A stretch of DNA of 64,000 nucleotides, taken from contig CALIBN010000029.1 in NCBI GenBank assembly GCA_938045545.1, positions 1 through 64,000 on the forward strand. The letters run 5' to 3'. The notes beneath the pieces were generated by a model that made no database searches, had not been told where the DNA came from, and saw only the letters and a program-made list of their open reading frames with translations. Shown piece after piece: positions 1 through 10,011 of the stretch. Numbering within the stretch: the first letter of the stretch is position 1; the number at the start of each line of letters is the position of its first letter. A program made the translations under genes and the position numbers. The stretch comes from an uncultured archaeon. Its GTDB lineage: Archaea; Thermoproteota; EX4484-205; JAAOZP01.

Positions 1-260
1 CCACTCCCCACCGCCAGCGTCCCTCAAGACCTCCCTGTAATCTTAAGCCTGAAAAAGGATTGGAAGAACCTGTCAACAGCCCTTAAAAACTTTACTCCTC
101 ACGTCTTCGGGGAGCTTCTTAAGCTCCCCCGGAAAGCTCTTGGTTAACGCAGCCCTGTAGGGCAAGGTGCTTGTTCACTCGACGAGCTTGATTTCCTCAC
201 CGCTCTCCACGATAACGTAGTCTCCTCTTCGATACTCTTCTTCAGCCTCCTTCTAGTCAC
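1..260 (-). pseudogene. Degenerate RelBE-type toxin-antitoxin pair (antitoxin C-terminus, then frameshifted RelE/ParE toxin running off the window edge)
   Basis: Manual minus-strand translation: ...AEEEYRRGDYVIVESGEEIKLVE* (stop 175-177), then TTG at 165: PYRAALTKSFPGELKKLPEDVRSKV / frameshifts / RAVD..NPFSGLRLQGGLEGRWRW, matching the RelE pattern (F.KELKKL...NP..G..L.G.L.G.WR.R.G). Confidence 0.6.
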
Positions 261-410
261 CTCTCTCCCAATACAGAATCAAGATGCTTTTAAGCATCAA
301 TGTTACAATATCCTTCAGGAAAAACCTTCAAAAGTTCTACTCAGGTGCAACAAGTTTCACGTGCGCTAACCAGTGGAAACGCATCCCCGTAATAGAACTA
401 GTCGAGAAGC

Positions 411-851
411 TTGAAAAACTGGAGAATCATAAACCTCGAAAAATATAAGAATGACGTGAAAGAAAATGTGGATTTTGAATGGCTGGGAGAAAGGAACAAG
501 GGTAAGGAAGTGACAGATATAGTTATGAGGGCGAAAGGAGAGGTAACGATTGGTAAGTCGAAATTCCATGCTGGCGAGGTCATCGCGATAATAGAAGTAA
601 AGAGCACCACCGATACTGTTAGCGAGAGTAATTTCTTAGATAGATTTAAGGATGCGAAGGATAGCCTTAAGAACCACATCAACCTCGACGAATATAAGAA
701 GGCTCAGTTCGGCGTTGCCATAGCCTTCGCCTACGACCCCGTTGATATGCTCTCGGATGGAACCTATCCCAGCGAAGTGGGTTCTTATAATAACCCATAT
801 GCAGAGGTATTTACGAAGACGGAGATAGAGAAACTCGGGGGCGGCGGGTAG
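411..851 (+). CDS. PD-(D/E)XK nuclease-like domain, probable C-terminal tip of a truncated polymorphic toxin
   Basis: TDIVM...IAIIEVKST motif spacing; no obvious RBS or promoter; the next gene starts 1 nt after the stop. Confidence 0.5.
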   Translation: MKNWRIINLEKYKNDVKENVDFEWLGERNKGKEVTDIVMRAKGEVTIGKSKFHAGEVIAIIEVKSTTDTVSESNFLDRFKDAKDSLKNHINLDEYKKAQFGVAIAFAYDPVDMLSDGTYPSEVGSYNNPYAEVFTKTEIEKLGGGG

Positions 852-852
852 A

Positions 853-1531
853 ATGGTAAGCGAGAAACTCTTGGAGAGGCTAAGGGACTATCTCAACGAG
901 AAGTATAGAAACGAGACGAAATTTAAGCCGTTCTTCATAGAAATAAGGCCTTCATATCTTCCCGATAGAAAGTGGGAAATAAACACCGACTGGTCGAGTG
1001 GCGTAGGGGTCTATGAGTCACTCGATGGGAAGATCGTCGTGCATTCTCATAGAGTTGGAGACTATGAAGATGCGGTAGAGATAATATCGCTAGAATATGT
1101 TTATGGCCCGAAGCTGAAAAAGGCTAAAAACTGAGGAGGAGAAAGAGAAGATTAGAAGCAAAAGGAAAAAAGAAATAGAGGAGATCCTCGAGGACCTGGA
1201 GAGAAGCGAATGGGAAAAGTATTTCACAGATAGGAATTACCGCTTCCTAGTCATGAACCTCTACTGGAACAGAGAGGTAGCTAGAAGGATAAATGAGGAA
1301 TACGGAACGGACGTTATCTTCGAGCTGTCCGGGGGCAGAGGGTTCTTTACCTCTACCTTCGACCCAAGTGGCATGACCGAGGACCAGATCTTTGATGAAA
1401 TAGTGAAGAGAGCCGATATATGCCGCAAGGCATATACCTATGCACTTACGAGCCGTAAGGAGGAGGGAGCGTTTTACAAGGAATTTAGAGAGAAGATAAA
1501 GGAGTTGGAGGAGAAGCGGAAAAATCGATGA
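853..1531 (+). pseudogene. Putative immunity/partner protein split by a frameshift (ORFs 853-1134 and 1253-1531 appear to be one gene)
   Basis: The frame of ORF 1253 is open back to 1118 (KRLKTEEEKEKIRSKRKKEIEEILEDLE...); removing one A from an A5 run at 1117-1121 or 1126-1130 fuses both into ~225 aa. Confidence 0.55.
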
Positions 1532-1650
1532 AAAGGAAGTAGTGTTTGATGAGCACTTGCAGAGATGTTGGGAGGACCCCTTAGAAGACACTTTTTGGCC
1601 AATGGTGTAGAAACATTTAAACGTCGAAAATATTCTGTAAACTCCACAAA

Positions 1651-2928
1651 ATGAGCATGGAAACAGAGCCTAGGATAGAGGATAAGGGATGGACGCCGGA
1701 ACCCGGAAGGAAGCGTCGTCTGGAAATAAGATGGCTACTCGTTTTAACAGGCTTCCTGACTAACATGTGTCTGGGTGCGATATATTCTTTCAGCGTCTTC
1801 AGAAAACCGTTGGAAGACCTGTGGGGGATAAGCGCCGCCCAAAGCGGCTTGCCCTTCATGGTTTTCCTGGCGGTTTTCGCCGTGACGATGGCAATCGCGG
1901 GAGGTTTAATCAAGAAATGGGGGCCGAGGAGGACAAGCCTGCTGGGAAGCATTCTGGTCAGCGTAGGATGGATGGGGGCTGGTTTTTCACCAAACATAGA
2001 GGCTTTAACGATACTCTACGGGGTAATAGGTGGGGCCGGCGTCGGGATTGCTTACGGCTGCCCGATAGCGGTGACAGCAGCATGGTTTCCACGTAGAAGC
2101 GGTTTCGCCATAGGTTTAACGGTGATGGGTTTCGGATTGTCCGGGCTTGTGACCGCGCCGATCATGATGGAGCTGATAAAAACGGTTGGAGTGCTTCAAA
2201 CTTTCCTTTATCTGGGCATTGCATTCCTAGCTTTGTTAACTATTCTCTCCCTGCCTCTGAGTTTCCCCCCGGCGGAGGTTAGTAAGACGGGGGCTGTTTC
2301 CACAGCAACCGTAAGCATGGAAACCGGTAGCGACATGAAGAGAAGCCAAATGGTCCGGACGCCGAGCTTCTACGCCTTATGGTTAACCTACATGATGGGA
2401 TGCATGGCTGGCCTGATGGCGATAGGAATAGCTTCACCATTCGGGATCGAGGTGGCGAAGCTTGATGCCACTATAGCGGCATTCTCAATCTCCTTGTTCT
2501 CCGTGTTCAACGGTGTTGGAAGACCGGCGTTCGGAGTGGTAGCCGACAAGCTGGGCCCTAAGAATAGTGTGCTACTATCCTTTGGGCTGGTGTTCGCTTC
2601 TTCCATTGCGCTATACTTCTTCGGAGAGGGAAACCCCTTCGTGTACCTAGTGTTCTTCAGCATACTTTGGCTAAACCTCGGCGGATGGCTCGCGATGGCT
2701 CCGACGATAACAAAGATATTCTTCGGACTCAAACATTACTCTGAGAACTATGGACTGGTATTCACGGCCTACGGTGCCGGAGCGATCATAGGGACCTTCA
2801 TGTCCGGAATGCTTAGAGATATGACAGGTACATACTTGTCTGTGCTCCCGGCGACAATAGCGTTAACCGTTCTCGGCTTCATGATCGCACTTGCCGGATT
2901 AAAGCCGGTTGCTAAAGGCCGAAAATAA
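1651..2928 (+). CDS. MFS transporter, oxalate/formate antiporter (OFA) family
   Basis: About 12 hydrophobic segments; GAIYSFSVF, GIAYGCP..WFP.R.G.A.G, NGVGRPAFG.VADKLG, NYG.VFTAYG motifs. Confidence 0.85.
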   Translation: MSMETEPRIEDKGWTPEPGRKRRLEIRWLLVLTGFLTNMCLGAIYSFSVFRKPLEDLWGISAAQSGLPFMVFLAVFAVTMAIAGGLIKKWGPRRTSLLGSILVSVGWMGAGFSPNIEALTILYGVIGGAGVGIAYGCPIAVTAAWFPRRSGFAIGLTVMGFGLSGLVTAPIMMELIKTVGVLQTFLYLGIAFLALLTILSLPLSFPPAEVSKTGAVSTATVSMETGSDMKRSQMVRTPSFYALWLTYMMGCMAGLMAIGIASPFGIEVAKLDATIAAFSISLFSVFNGVGRPAFGVVADKLGPKNSVLLSFGLVFASSIALYFFGEGNPFVYLVFFSILWLNLGGWLAMAPTITKIFFGLKHYSENYGLVFTAYGAGAIIGTFMSGMLRDMTGTYLSVLPATIALTVLGFMIALAGLKPVAKGRK

Positions 2929-2941
2929 CTGGATGGTTCTT

Positions 2942-4195
2942 CTAATCCCATTCGTAAGCGGGCTCGCCGTCGCTGAAAGTATAATGGATGTTTCTAAATC
3001 TGCCAGCCAGATCCTTAACCTCCTCTTTAACAGCCCTGGCAGAATCCGGAGATTTCACAACTCTGGCTATTAGGCTTCCTATGAGAGCCATCTCGTCCCT
3101 ACCCATTCCGAGCCTAGTCACCTCCTGTACCCCGAGCCTTATCCCGCTGGCTGTTGTTTCAGACTTGTCCGTCGGAAGAGGGGTCATGCTGGTTATTATG
3201 TTGGCCTTCTCAAGGTTTTTCGAAACCTCTAGCGCGGTGCCTTCCTTAACTCTGAATATTACTTGATGCGACTTGGTGAAGCCCCTGTCTGAACATATCA
3301 CGTCAACCCCGTTGTTGTATAGTGCTTCGGCGAGAGCCTGAGCGTTGCTCACAACCATTCTAGAGTAATCCTGTCCGAAAGCCAGGAACTCTGCAAGCGT
3401 GTACGCTAGGGCTGCAACCCTGTTTATATGATGATTATTAATCATGCTCAGCGCAACCCTGTCTATGTCTTCACCATACTGTCTTTTACACAGGATTATG
3501 CCTCCCTGCGGTCCGAAAAAGGTTTTATGAGTGCTGCCTGTCACGACGGCTGCTCCTTCTCTCAACGGGTCTTGAAAGCAGCCTCCTGCCACCAGGCCTA
3601 GGACGTGGGCAGCATCGTAGACAACCGTAGCGCCCACGTTTGAAGCCGCCTCGGAAACCTCCTTAACCGGCTGTGGGAACAGGAGTTCAGATGCCCCAAG
3701 CATCACCATTTTAGGCATAACTTTCGCAATCATTTTCCTAGACTGCTCGACATCAATATTATACTCCTCCGCGTTGAACGGAAGGGGAACCATGCTTACC
3801 CCATGGTACCTTGAGACCTCTCTGAAACTACTATGGCCCCCGTCCATCACACTCAGGCCCATCATAGTGTCCCCGGGCCTCGTGAAAGCACCTATTGCAA
3901 CGATGTTCGCAACCGTCCCTGAAACAGGCAGCGTGTTGACATGCTCAACCTTGAAGAGCTTCCTAGCAAGGAAATGGGTCAGCTCTTCAAGCTTATCTAT
4001 GTACTCGCAGCCCCTGTACATTCTTTCGTAAAGGAATCCCACAGCGTACCTATGTCCCATGTCGCATGTTAAAAGCCTCCTAACCCCCCTGCTGGTAATG
4101 TTCTCGCTGGCAATAAGGTTCAGGGAGTAGCTTCTGAAGGCATGATGCTCCCTAACTATTTCGAAAACCTCTTCCGCAAGGCTTTTCTCTGACAA
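2942..4195 (-). CDS. glyA: Serine hydroxymethyltransferase
   Basis: LNLIASEN, YDAAHVLGL, GSTHKTFFGPQGG (PLP lysine), SGIRLG. Confidence 0.95.
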   Translation of the reverse strand: MSEKSLAEEVFEIVREHHAFRSYSLNLIASENITSRGVRRLLTCDMGHRYAVGFLYERMYRGCEYIDKLEELTHFLARKLFKVEHVNTLPVSGTVANIVAIGAFTRPGDTMMGLSVMDGGHSSFREVSRYHGVSMVPLPFNAEEYNIDVEQSRKMIAKVMPKMVMLGASELLFPQPVKEVSEAASNVGATVVYDAAHVLGLVAGGCFQDPLREGAAVVTGSTHKTFFGPQGGIILCKRQYGEDIDRVALSMINNHHINRVAALAYTLAEFLAFGQDYSRMVVSNAQALAEALYNNGVDVICSDRGFTKSHQVIFRVKEGTALEVSKNLEKANIITSMTPLPTDKSETTASGIRLGVQEVTRLGMGRDEMALIGSLIARVVKSPDSARAVKEEVKDLAGRFRNIHYTFSDGEPAYEWD

Positions 4196-4307
4196 TTACT
4201 TGGGCTTGAGGTAAAAAGGTCTTTAAAAAGTTTCCCATAGCCTTTCCGCGTTAAACCATAAATAATAATCCTCAGGCGGTTTAGAACACTGGAAGGGTGG
4301 AAGAATC

Positions 4308-5558
4308 ATGAGGCAGAGAATTGCTCTCCGCGTGGGGAAAACCCTCTTGGTAGACGGGCCGGCTATAGTGAGGGTTGCCAACGGCATGGTTAACGTGATG
4401 GGCGCTGTTTTCGCGGAGGGCAGCTTGGTGAAGGTCAGAGGATTCAGGCGGACGCCTTTCTACGCTGAGCAGTCTGAAGCCAGCCTCCTCGTTGAAGGCA
4501 ACAACTACCGTGTGGTAGACGGCTCAACAATACCTGGTAGCTGGCTTGAAGCCGCTGAGATGACCGCTGCCGAGGAGAAGGGCGTTGTGATGGTAGTCGG
4601 CGAGGCGGACTCGGGTAAGACGAGTCTAGCAACGTTCCTGGTTAACTATTATCTCAACTTCCAGGGAGAGATTGGGATCGTCGACTCCGACCCTGGGCAG
4701 AATGATCTTGGAATACCTGGCACTGTCAGCGGCGGGGTGGTGAACAAGGGTTTAAGCGACCTAAGCCAGGTTAAGCCCGAAGTCATGGAGTTCGTAGGCT
4801 TCACAGCTCCTGAATCAGGGGTTGAAGAATTGAAGGAGGCTGTTGCCACCGTGCTTAGGAGGCTCATGGAAAGGGGGGTTTGGAAAATAGTTTTGAACAC
4901 TGACGGCTGGGCTGACTCTAAAGGCCTGTTTTTCAAAGCCGAGCTTACCCGTGCTGTTAAGCCGAGCTTCGTGTTATCGCTGCTTGACGGGGAAAAAGCC
5001 TTGATGTTCACCAGGGCGGTTGACCAAGATACTAGGATGATTCAGGTTGAGAAGTCCCGATACGTGAAGAGGAGAAGCAGAATGCAAAGGAGAACGCTCA
5101 GGATGCTGAATTACAGGAGGCATTTCGCAAAATCTAGGCTGGTTAAGAAGCCTTTGAGCGAAAAAGTTTTCATAAATCATCCTTTCATGAAAGGCGAGCC
5201 TGCTCAAGCACCCGTGGGGCTCAGAAAGCTTGGCTTCGAAGCCTTGGAAGCCAGGCTGTACATGGGCACGCTCTACGTAAGAATCAGGAATGAGGTTGAG
5301 GAGCCCGTTATGCTTAACGTCGATGGGAAAAGGGTTATCCTGCTGGGGGAGGGATGGGAGAGGGGCCTCCTAGTCGGCTTGGGAAGAGAGAGCAGGATTA
5401 TTGGAGTCGGCGTAATAGAGTCTTTAGGCAGCAGTGAGGTGACTGTTAAAACACCGTTGGCAATAGGCTTCGATACTGTTAAACTCGGCGAAATAAAGCT
5501 TGACGCTTCCTTCAACGAAAGAAACTTCTATTGGAGGCCTTCACGGCACCGCGATTAA
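4308..5558 (+). CDS. Clp1/Grc3-family polynucleotide 5'-hydroxyl kinase
   Basis: Walker A GEADSGKT, DSDPGQ, LNTDGW, RR.R..RR lid motif. Confidence 0.85.
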   Translation: MRQRIALRVGKTLLVDGPAIVRVANGMVNVMGAVFAEGSLVKVRGFRRTPFYAEQSEASLLVEGNNYRVVDGSTIPGSWLEAAEMTAAEEKGVVMVVGEADSGKTSLATFLVNYYLNFQGEIGIVDSDPGQNDLGIPGTVSGGVVNKGLSDLSQVKPEVMEFVGFTAPESGVEELKEAVATVLRRLMERGVWKIVLNTDGWADSKGLFFKAELTRAVKPSFVLSLLDGEKALMFTRAVDQDTRMIQVEKSRYVKRRSRMQRRTLRMLNYRRHFAKSRLVKKPLSEKVFINHPFMKGEPAQAPVGLRKLGFEALEARLYMGTLYVRIRNEVEEPVMLNVDGKRVILLGEGWERGLLVGLGRESRIIGVGVIESLGSSEVTVKTPLAIGFDTVKLGEIKLDASFNERNFYWRPSRHRD

Positions 5559-5630
5559 TGGCTAACGTGTTCCTTTAACGGTTAACCCTACAAACCTAAA
5601 AAGACTTGGGAAAAAGGGTTCGAAGGGTTC

Positions 5631-6656
5631 TTAAGAAGCTAGCGCGTTTTTAAGCTCTATCAAAGACTTGTCCACAAGCTTCGTTTCGGCAACAGCCTCG
5701 GAAAGGTCGATGCTCACAATCTCTGTTCCCTTCAATGCAACCATTTTCCCGAAAACGCCCTTCCTGACAAGCTCCACGGCAGCGTAGCCGAGCCTCGTGG
5801 CCAGAACCCTGTCGAAAGCAGTAGGCGACATGCCTCTTATTATGTGTGCTGGTGCGACTGCCCTAGTCTCGAAACCGGTGGCCTTCTCGATCTCCTTGGC
5901 TAGGAACTCGCCTATGCCACCCAAGTATACGTGTCCATACTGGTCCACTTTAACATCCTTCGTTATCGGACCCTTATAGTCCTCTATTAAAGCACCTTCT
6001 GCAACAACAATCGTTAAACTACCCTTCTCAGGCTTCTTTCTCTTTACAAACTCCACCACGTCGCTAATCTTGAAAGGCTCCTCGGGAATCAGGATCAAGT
6101 CTGCGCCGGCAGCAAGCCCGGAGTAGAGCGCTATCCAGCCCGCATGTCTGCCCATAATCTCAACAACCATCACCCTGTCGTGCGACCTCCCCGTGGTCTT
6201 CAAAGACTCAATAGCCTGCATAGCAGCGTTCACCGCGGTGTCGAAGCCGAAAGTATAATCCGTACCTTTAAGATCGTTGTCGATAGTCTTCGGAACACCC
6301 ACCACCCTCAAACCAGCCTCGTGGAGCTTCCTCGCGGCAGTAAGAGTATCGTCACCACCTATAGCGATTAAAGCATCCAGCCCCAGTTTCCTAAAGTTCT
6401 CTATGCATCTGTTCATCGTAGCCTCATCCTTAGCAGGGTTCGTCCTAGAAGTTTTAATCACTGTTCCAGCCTCTCCAACCTTATCCTCAACATCACTATA
6501 CTTCAGCGGCACAGTATCCATGTTCAGCAGACCGGCCCAGCCATACCTAATGCCGACAACCTCGAAACCATACTCCTCGGCACGCTTCAAAACAGCACGG
6601 ATTACTGCGTTAAGCCCTGGTGCGTCCCCTCCCCCCGTTAGCACTCCTATTCTCAT
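5631..6656 (-). CDS. pfp: PfkA-family phosphofructokinase, probably PPi-dependent
   Basis: TGGGDAPGLN, GGDDT (Asp where ATP-PFKs have Gly), PKTIDND, EIMGRHAG. Confidence 0.85.
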   Translation of the reverse strand: MRIGVLTGGGDAPGLNAVIRAVLKRAEEYGFEVVGIRYGWAGLLNMDTVPLKYSDVEDKVGEAGTVIKTSRTNPAKDEATMNRCIENFRKLGLDALIAIGGDDTLTAARKLHEAGLRVVGVPKTIDNDLKGTDYTFGFDTAVNAAMQAIESLKTTGRSHDRVMVVEIMGRHAGWIALYSGLAAGADLILIPEEPFKISDVVEFVKRKKPEKGSLTIVVAEGALIEDYKGPITKDVKVDQYGHVYLGGIGEFLAKEIEKATGFETRAVAPAHIIRGMSPTAFDRVLATRLGYAAVELVRKGVFGKMVALKGTEIVSIDLSEAVAETKLVDKSLIELKNALAS

Positions 6657-6746
6657 TCCTGTCTCACCTTTACGGATACTTTAGCAAAGGGGTTTTAACT
6701 TTTTCTGCTTCATCCCCTAGCCTTCAGGTTAAAGCCTAATGCTTTT

Positions 6747-8020
6747 TCAGATTTTCCAACGGGTCTGTTTATGGATTGTACCGAGGCCTTTCAGATTCCA
6801 TGTATCTCTATACCTTTGAGTTACCGCGCGCCATGAGGATGGCGATCCGTTTAGAAGCTCTGTCCTACAGTCGTCGTATGCAGGTTCTACTGGTTTTACG
6901 GGCTCGTCGACTAGGCGAGTCATTATAAAAATAGAAAAGAGGATTAGCACGGTGCTTTTTGCAAAACTTTTTCAGGTTGAAGCCTGCCTGTCATGGCTCT
7001 CGTTGCTTCGGCTAACGCTTGTTAATCCTTCAGGATTTCCTTCTTAACGATTTCCCTACTGGGCCGGCTTCGGTTCCGTGTGCTTAAATCCCGAGTTCAG
7101 AAACCCTTACTGAGTAGCAGGTCATAGACAACTTCGAAAGAGCCTTCTCCAGAATTATTGCCTAAAGTTGTCACCCAGGCTTGTGGAAACCATTCGTAGA
7201 ATAACCTTGCTCATGTAAACGAGGTGCTGGCCGCCGACGACGTCGAACTCCCTTGAGCCGAAGCCGGCCCCCGGGTCAGCCAGTATACCACTGCCGCTGA
7301 CGCTTTCATCAGCCTCCTTCCTCAGCTTCTCCTGGACGCTTCCTTCAGGGCATTGGCTAAGCCTTCTGAGCTTATCCAAGAGGTTTTTCAAAGGCTGGGG
7401 GCTGTCTGAAGCGGCTTCAACCCTTATTTTAAACGTCTCCGCTTGGCTTCACCTCGCAAAGTATTGCACACTCCTCCGCAAAGCTTTCCATAACCGTCTC
7501 AACAAGAGTTGAAAGACTTCCCTCTAGCCTAAGCGTCTCACGGTGTTTGAACGATTTAATGAAAACATCCTTGGGGAGCCTTAGGTGGATCCTTGCCTCG
7601 CACCCCAAAACCTTTATAACCTCATTCAGGCTGAACCCGTTGAGGAAAACAGTCTTCGGGACGGGTGCGACACATTAGAATATTATGGTGTTTCAGTTTA
7701 ACGGGCTGGTCTCCGCAAACTATCCTCAGCATGGTCTCAAGAAGTCTTGAAACCACTCGAAATCTGAGTAGAAAGTAAGTAAACGCCATAGGAATCCTGC
7801 CTGAATACGGTTTGAAACGCGCAGAAGGGCTGTTGAAAACGTGCCGCCACCCATATTGAAAGGACACTATGAGTTCTTAAAAAGCGCTTTAACCCTTCCT
7901 TTCGGGTCAACCCTTAGGAAGCGCCAGGCTGAGTCAATAATGCTCTTAACCAGTGCTCAACCACCAGTATTACTGCGAGCAGCACGGTTTTCCTAATTAT
8001 TCCACCAGCATCCTTCATCA
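6747..8020 (-). pseudogene. Heavily eroded gene for a secreted/membrane-anchored protein
   Basis: Chain of short minus-strand fragments (7622-7867, 7155-7391, 6747-6950) with an N-terminal signal-like stretch (IIRKTVLLAVILVV) and a late hydrophobic stretch; no long ORF on either strand in 1.4 kb. Confidence 0.4.
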
Positions 8021-8186
8021 CGTTTAGAAGCATGGTGGAAACGTATTTATGGCGTGTGAAAGCGAAAATTTGCGATTGCAGTCAGCAAATTTCCGGCAGA
8101 CTTATATAGAGGATTCTGGAAACGGCCGTTAAAACTTTTAAATAACCTTCTTGCACGATGGTTAAAGCCTAAAGCAGTGTCGGGAG

Positions 8187-9302
8187 ATGGATGTGAAAGT
8201 ATCAGTAATAATCCCATCGTTCAAAGGCTCCCCCCGGCTAGTTGAGCTCGTCACCAGGCTTGTCGAAGACAATTACCGTAATAAGGAGGTGCTGGTCGTT
8301 GTCGACGACCCTCACCCGGAGGTTGCTGAGAAACTCAGGCAAAAACCCGTGAAAACCATCTTCCGCCAAAGTAGAGGGGGGAGGGTGAGCGCGCTTATAG
8401 AGGCTTTTAAAAAGTCATCGGGCGACCTTCTCATTTTTCTGGACGACGACGTGTGTATAACGGGCGAAGGATTCCTGTCTAAAGCTGTGGAGTCGATGAA
8501 AGGCTTCGAAATAGGCGAATTCATGAAAACCGTTGGGGGAGAAGGGCTGCTGGCCCAGACGGTGAACTACGAGTTCATGTCTTTCAACTATGGAAGCATG
8601 CTTCTCGCGAGCAGGACTGGGAGGTGCCTCGGGTTGAACGGTGCAGCCTTCGCGATATGGAGGCAGGCTTACGAGAAGATAGGGGGCTTCAGGCCTAAGA
8701 TACCGGATGACTTCGACCTCGGTATTAGAAGCCACGTCGCCGGGCTGCGCTTCGGCTTCGTGAAGAACCCCAGCGTGGTAAACTACGCCCCCTCAGGATG
8801 GAGAGACTGGTTTAAACAGCGTGTAAGATGGGGCATAGGCGCCGCCGTCTGGGTTAAGGAGAACTGGCGCACGCTTTTAAAAATACTCAGGAAGGAACCA
8901 TCGTTAATACTGGTCCTGCTATTCCTAATACTCCCGTCGCTAGCCTCCTTCACCATAACCTTCCTAATGAACACTCTTCTGGAGGACAGGCTCATATGGG
9001 TGGGGCTGCTCACGGTCTCATCACTATACTCGGGCCTACTGCCTTTTGCAACACTATTCTCCTACGGGCTGTTCGTCAAGATACTGCTCCTCTTCACCAA
9101 GACGCTCATAGCGCTCATAGCCGCTTTCGCGTTTTTCTCACTCTCCTACTACAGGATCGCCAGGGAAATGGGGTTCAGGTTCAACCTGGCTAAATTCGCC
9201 TTCCTGTACTTCGTGTACTCGCCGCTCTGGTTTACAATACTTTTATCAGGCTTCATAAGGGTCTTCGTCTTCAACAAGAATTCTCTTAAGGATAGGCCGT
9301 GA
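8187..9302 (+). CDS. GT2 glycosyltransferase with C-terminal membrane segments
   Basis: VSVIIP, VVVDD, FLDDD (DxD), PDDF, QRVRW (QxxRW processive motif), several TM helices. Confidence 0.85.
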   Translation: MDVKVSVIIPSFKGSPRLVELVTRLVEDNYRNKEVLVVVDDPHPEVAEKLRQKPVKTIFRQSRGGRVSALIEAFKKSSGDLLIFLDDDVCITGEGFLSKAVESMKGFEIGEFMKTVGGEGLLAQTVNYEFMSFNYGSMLLASRTGRCLGLNGAAFAIWRQAYEKIGGFRPKIPDDFDLGIRSHVAGLRFGFVKNPSVVNYAPSGWRDWFKQRVRWGIGAAVWVKENWRTLLKILRKEPSLILVLLFLILPSLASFTITFLMNTLLEDRLIWVGLLTVSSLYSGLLPFATLFSYGLFVKILLLFTKTLIALIAAFAFFSLSYYRIAREMGFRFNLAKFAFLYFVYSPLWFTILLSGFIRVFVFNKNSLKDRP

Positions 9303-9346
9303 ACCCATCCATAATCCTTTTAATGGTCTTTTAAAAGACAATTCTG

Positions 9347-9979
9347 ATGGAACTGTCTCTAGAGGAAGGTAGGCTGCTCGTTAGGATTGCGAGGAAAGCC
9401 GTGGAGACGTATCTCAGGGATGAAAAAATGTTAAGCCCTCCAGCCGGCCTGAAGAATGTTTTCTACGAGCCCCGCGGAGTCTTCGTCACCCTCAACAGGC
9501 TTACTGGCCGACCAGGGTCTGAACGTAAGGAGCTCAGGGGCTGCATAGGCTTCCCGGAACCTGTTAAGCCCCTTGTTGAAGCGTTGATAGAAGCGGCTGT
9601 GGCTGCGGCTGTCGAGGATCCTCGTTTCCCCCCAGTGGCCCTTGAAGAAATGAGCAGGATCGTGATAGACGTAAGCGTCTTGACTCCTCCAAGGCTTTTA
9701 GACGTTAGAGATAGGAGGATGCTTCTGAAGGAGGTCAGGATAGGCAGGGACGGGCTTATTGTTGAACGCGGCTTCAACAGGGGCCTACTGCTCCCCCAGG
9801 TTGCTGTCGAGGAGAACTGGGATCCTGAAACCTTTCTATCCTATACATGTGTTAAAGCAGGCCTGCCACCGGGCTGCTGGCTTGACGAGAAAACAAGGGT
9901 CTACAGGTTCGAGGCGATCGTCTTCGAGGAAGAATCTCCAAACGGTGAAGTAAGGAGAATGGTTTTTGGCACGCACTAG
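9347..9979 (+). CDS. AMMECR1-domain protein
   Basis: GVFVT, LRGCIG, DPRFPPV, GLLLPQV, C.KAGL signature motifs. Confidence 0.92.
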   Translation: MELSLEEGRLLVRIARKAVETYLRDEKMLSPPAGLKNVFYEPRGVFVTLNRLTGRPGSERKELRGCIGFPEPVKPLVEALIEAAVAAAVEDPRFPPVALEEMSRIVIDVSVLTPPRLLDVRDRRMLLKEVRIGRDGLIVERGFNRGLLLPQVAVEENWDPETFLSYTCVKAGLPPGCWLDEKTRVYRFEAIVFEEESPNGEVRRMVFGTH

Positions 9980-10011
9980 AGCGTGTGATTCCCGAATGCT
10001 TGAATTATGCT

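Noticed and set aside
6709-6738. Possible IS left-end remnant TTCATCCCCTAGCCTTCAGG (similar GAGGATGAATCC at 48164)
   Set aside because: Too short and degenerate to distinguish from chance
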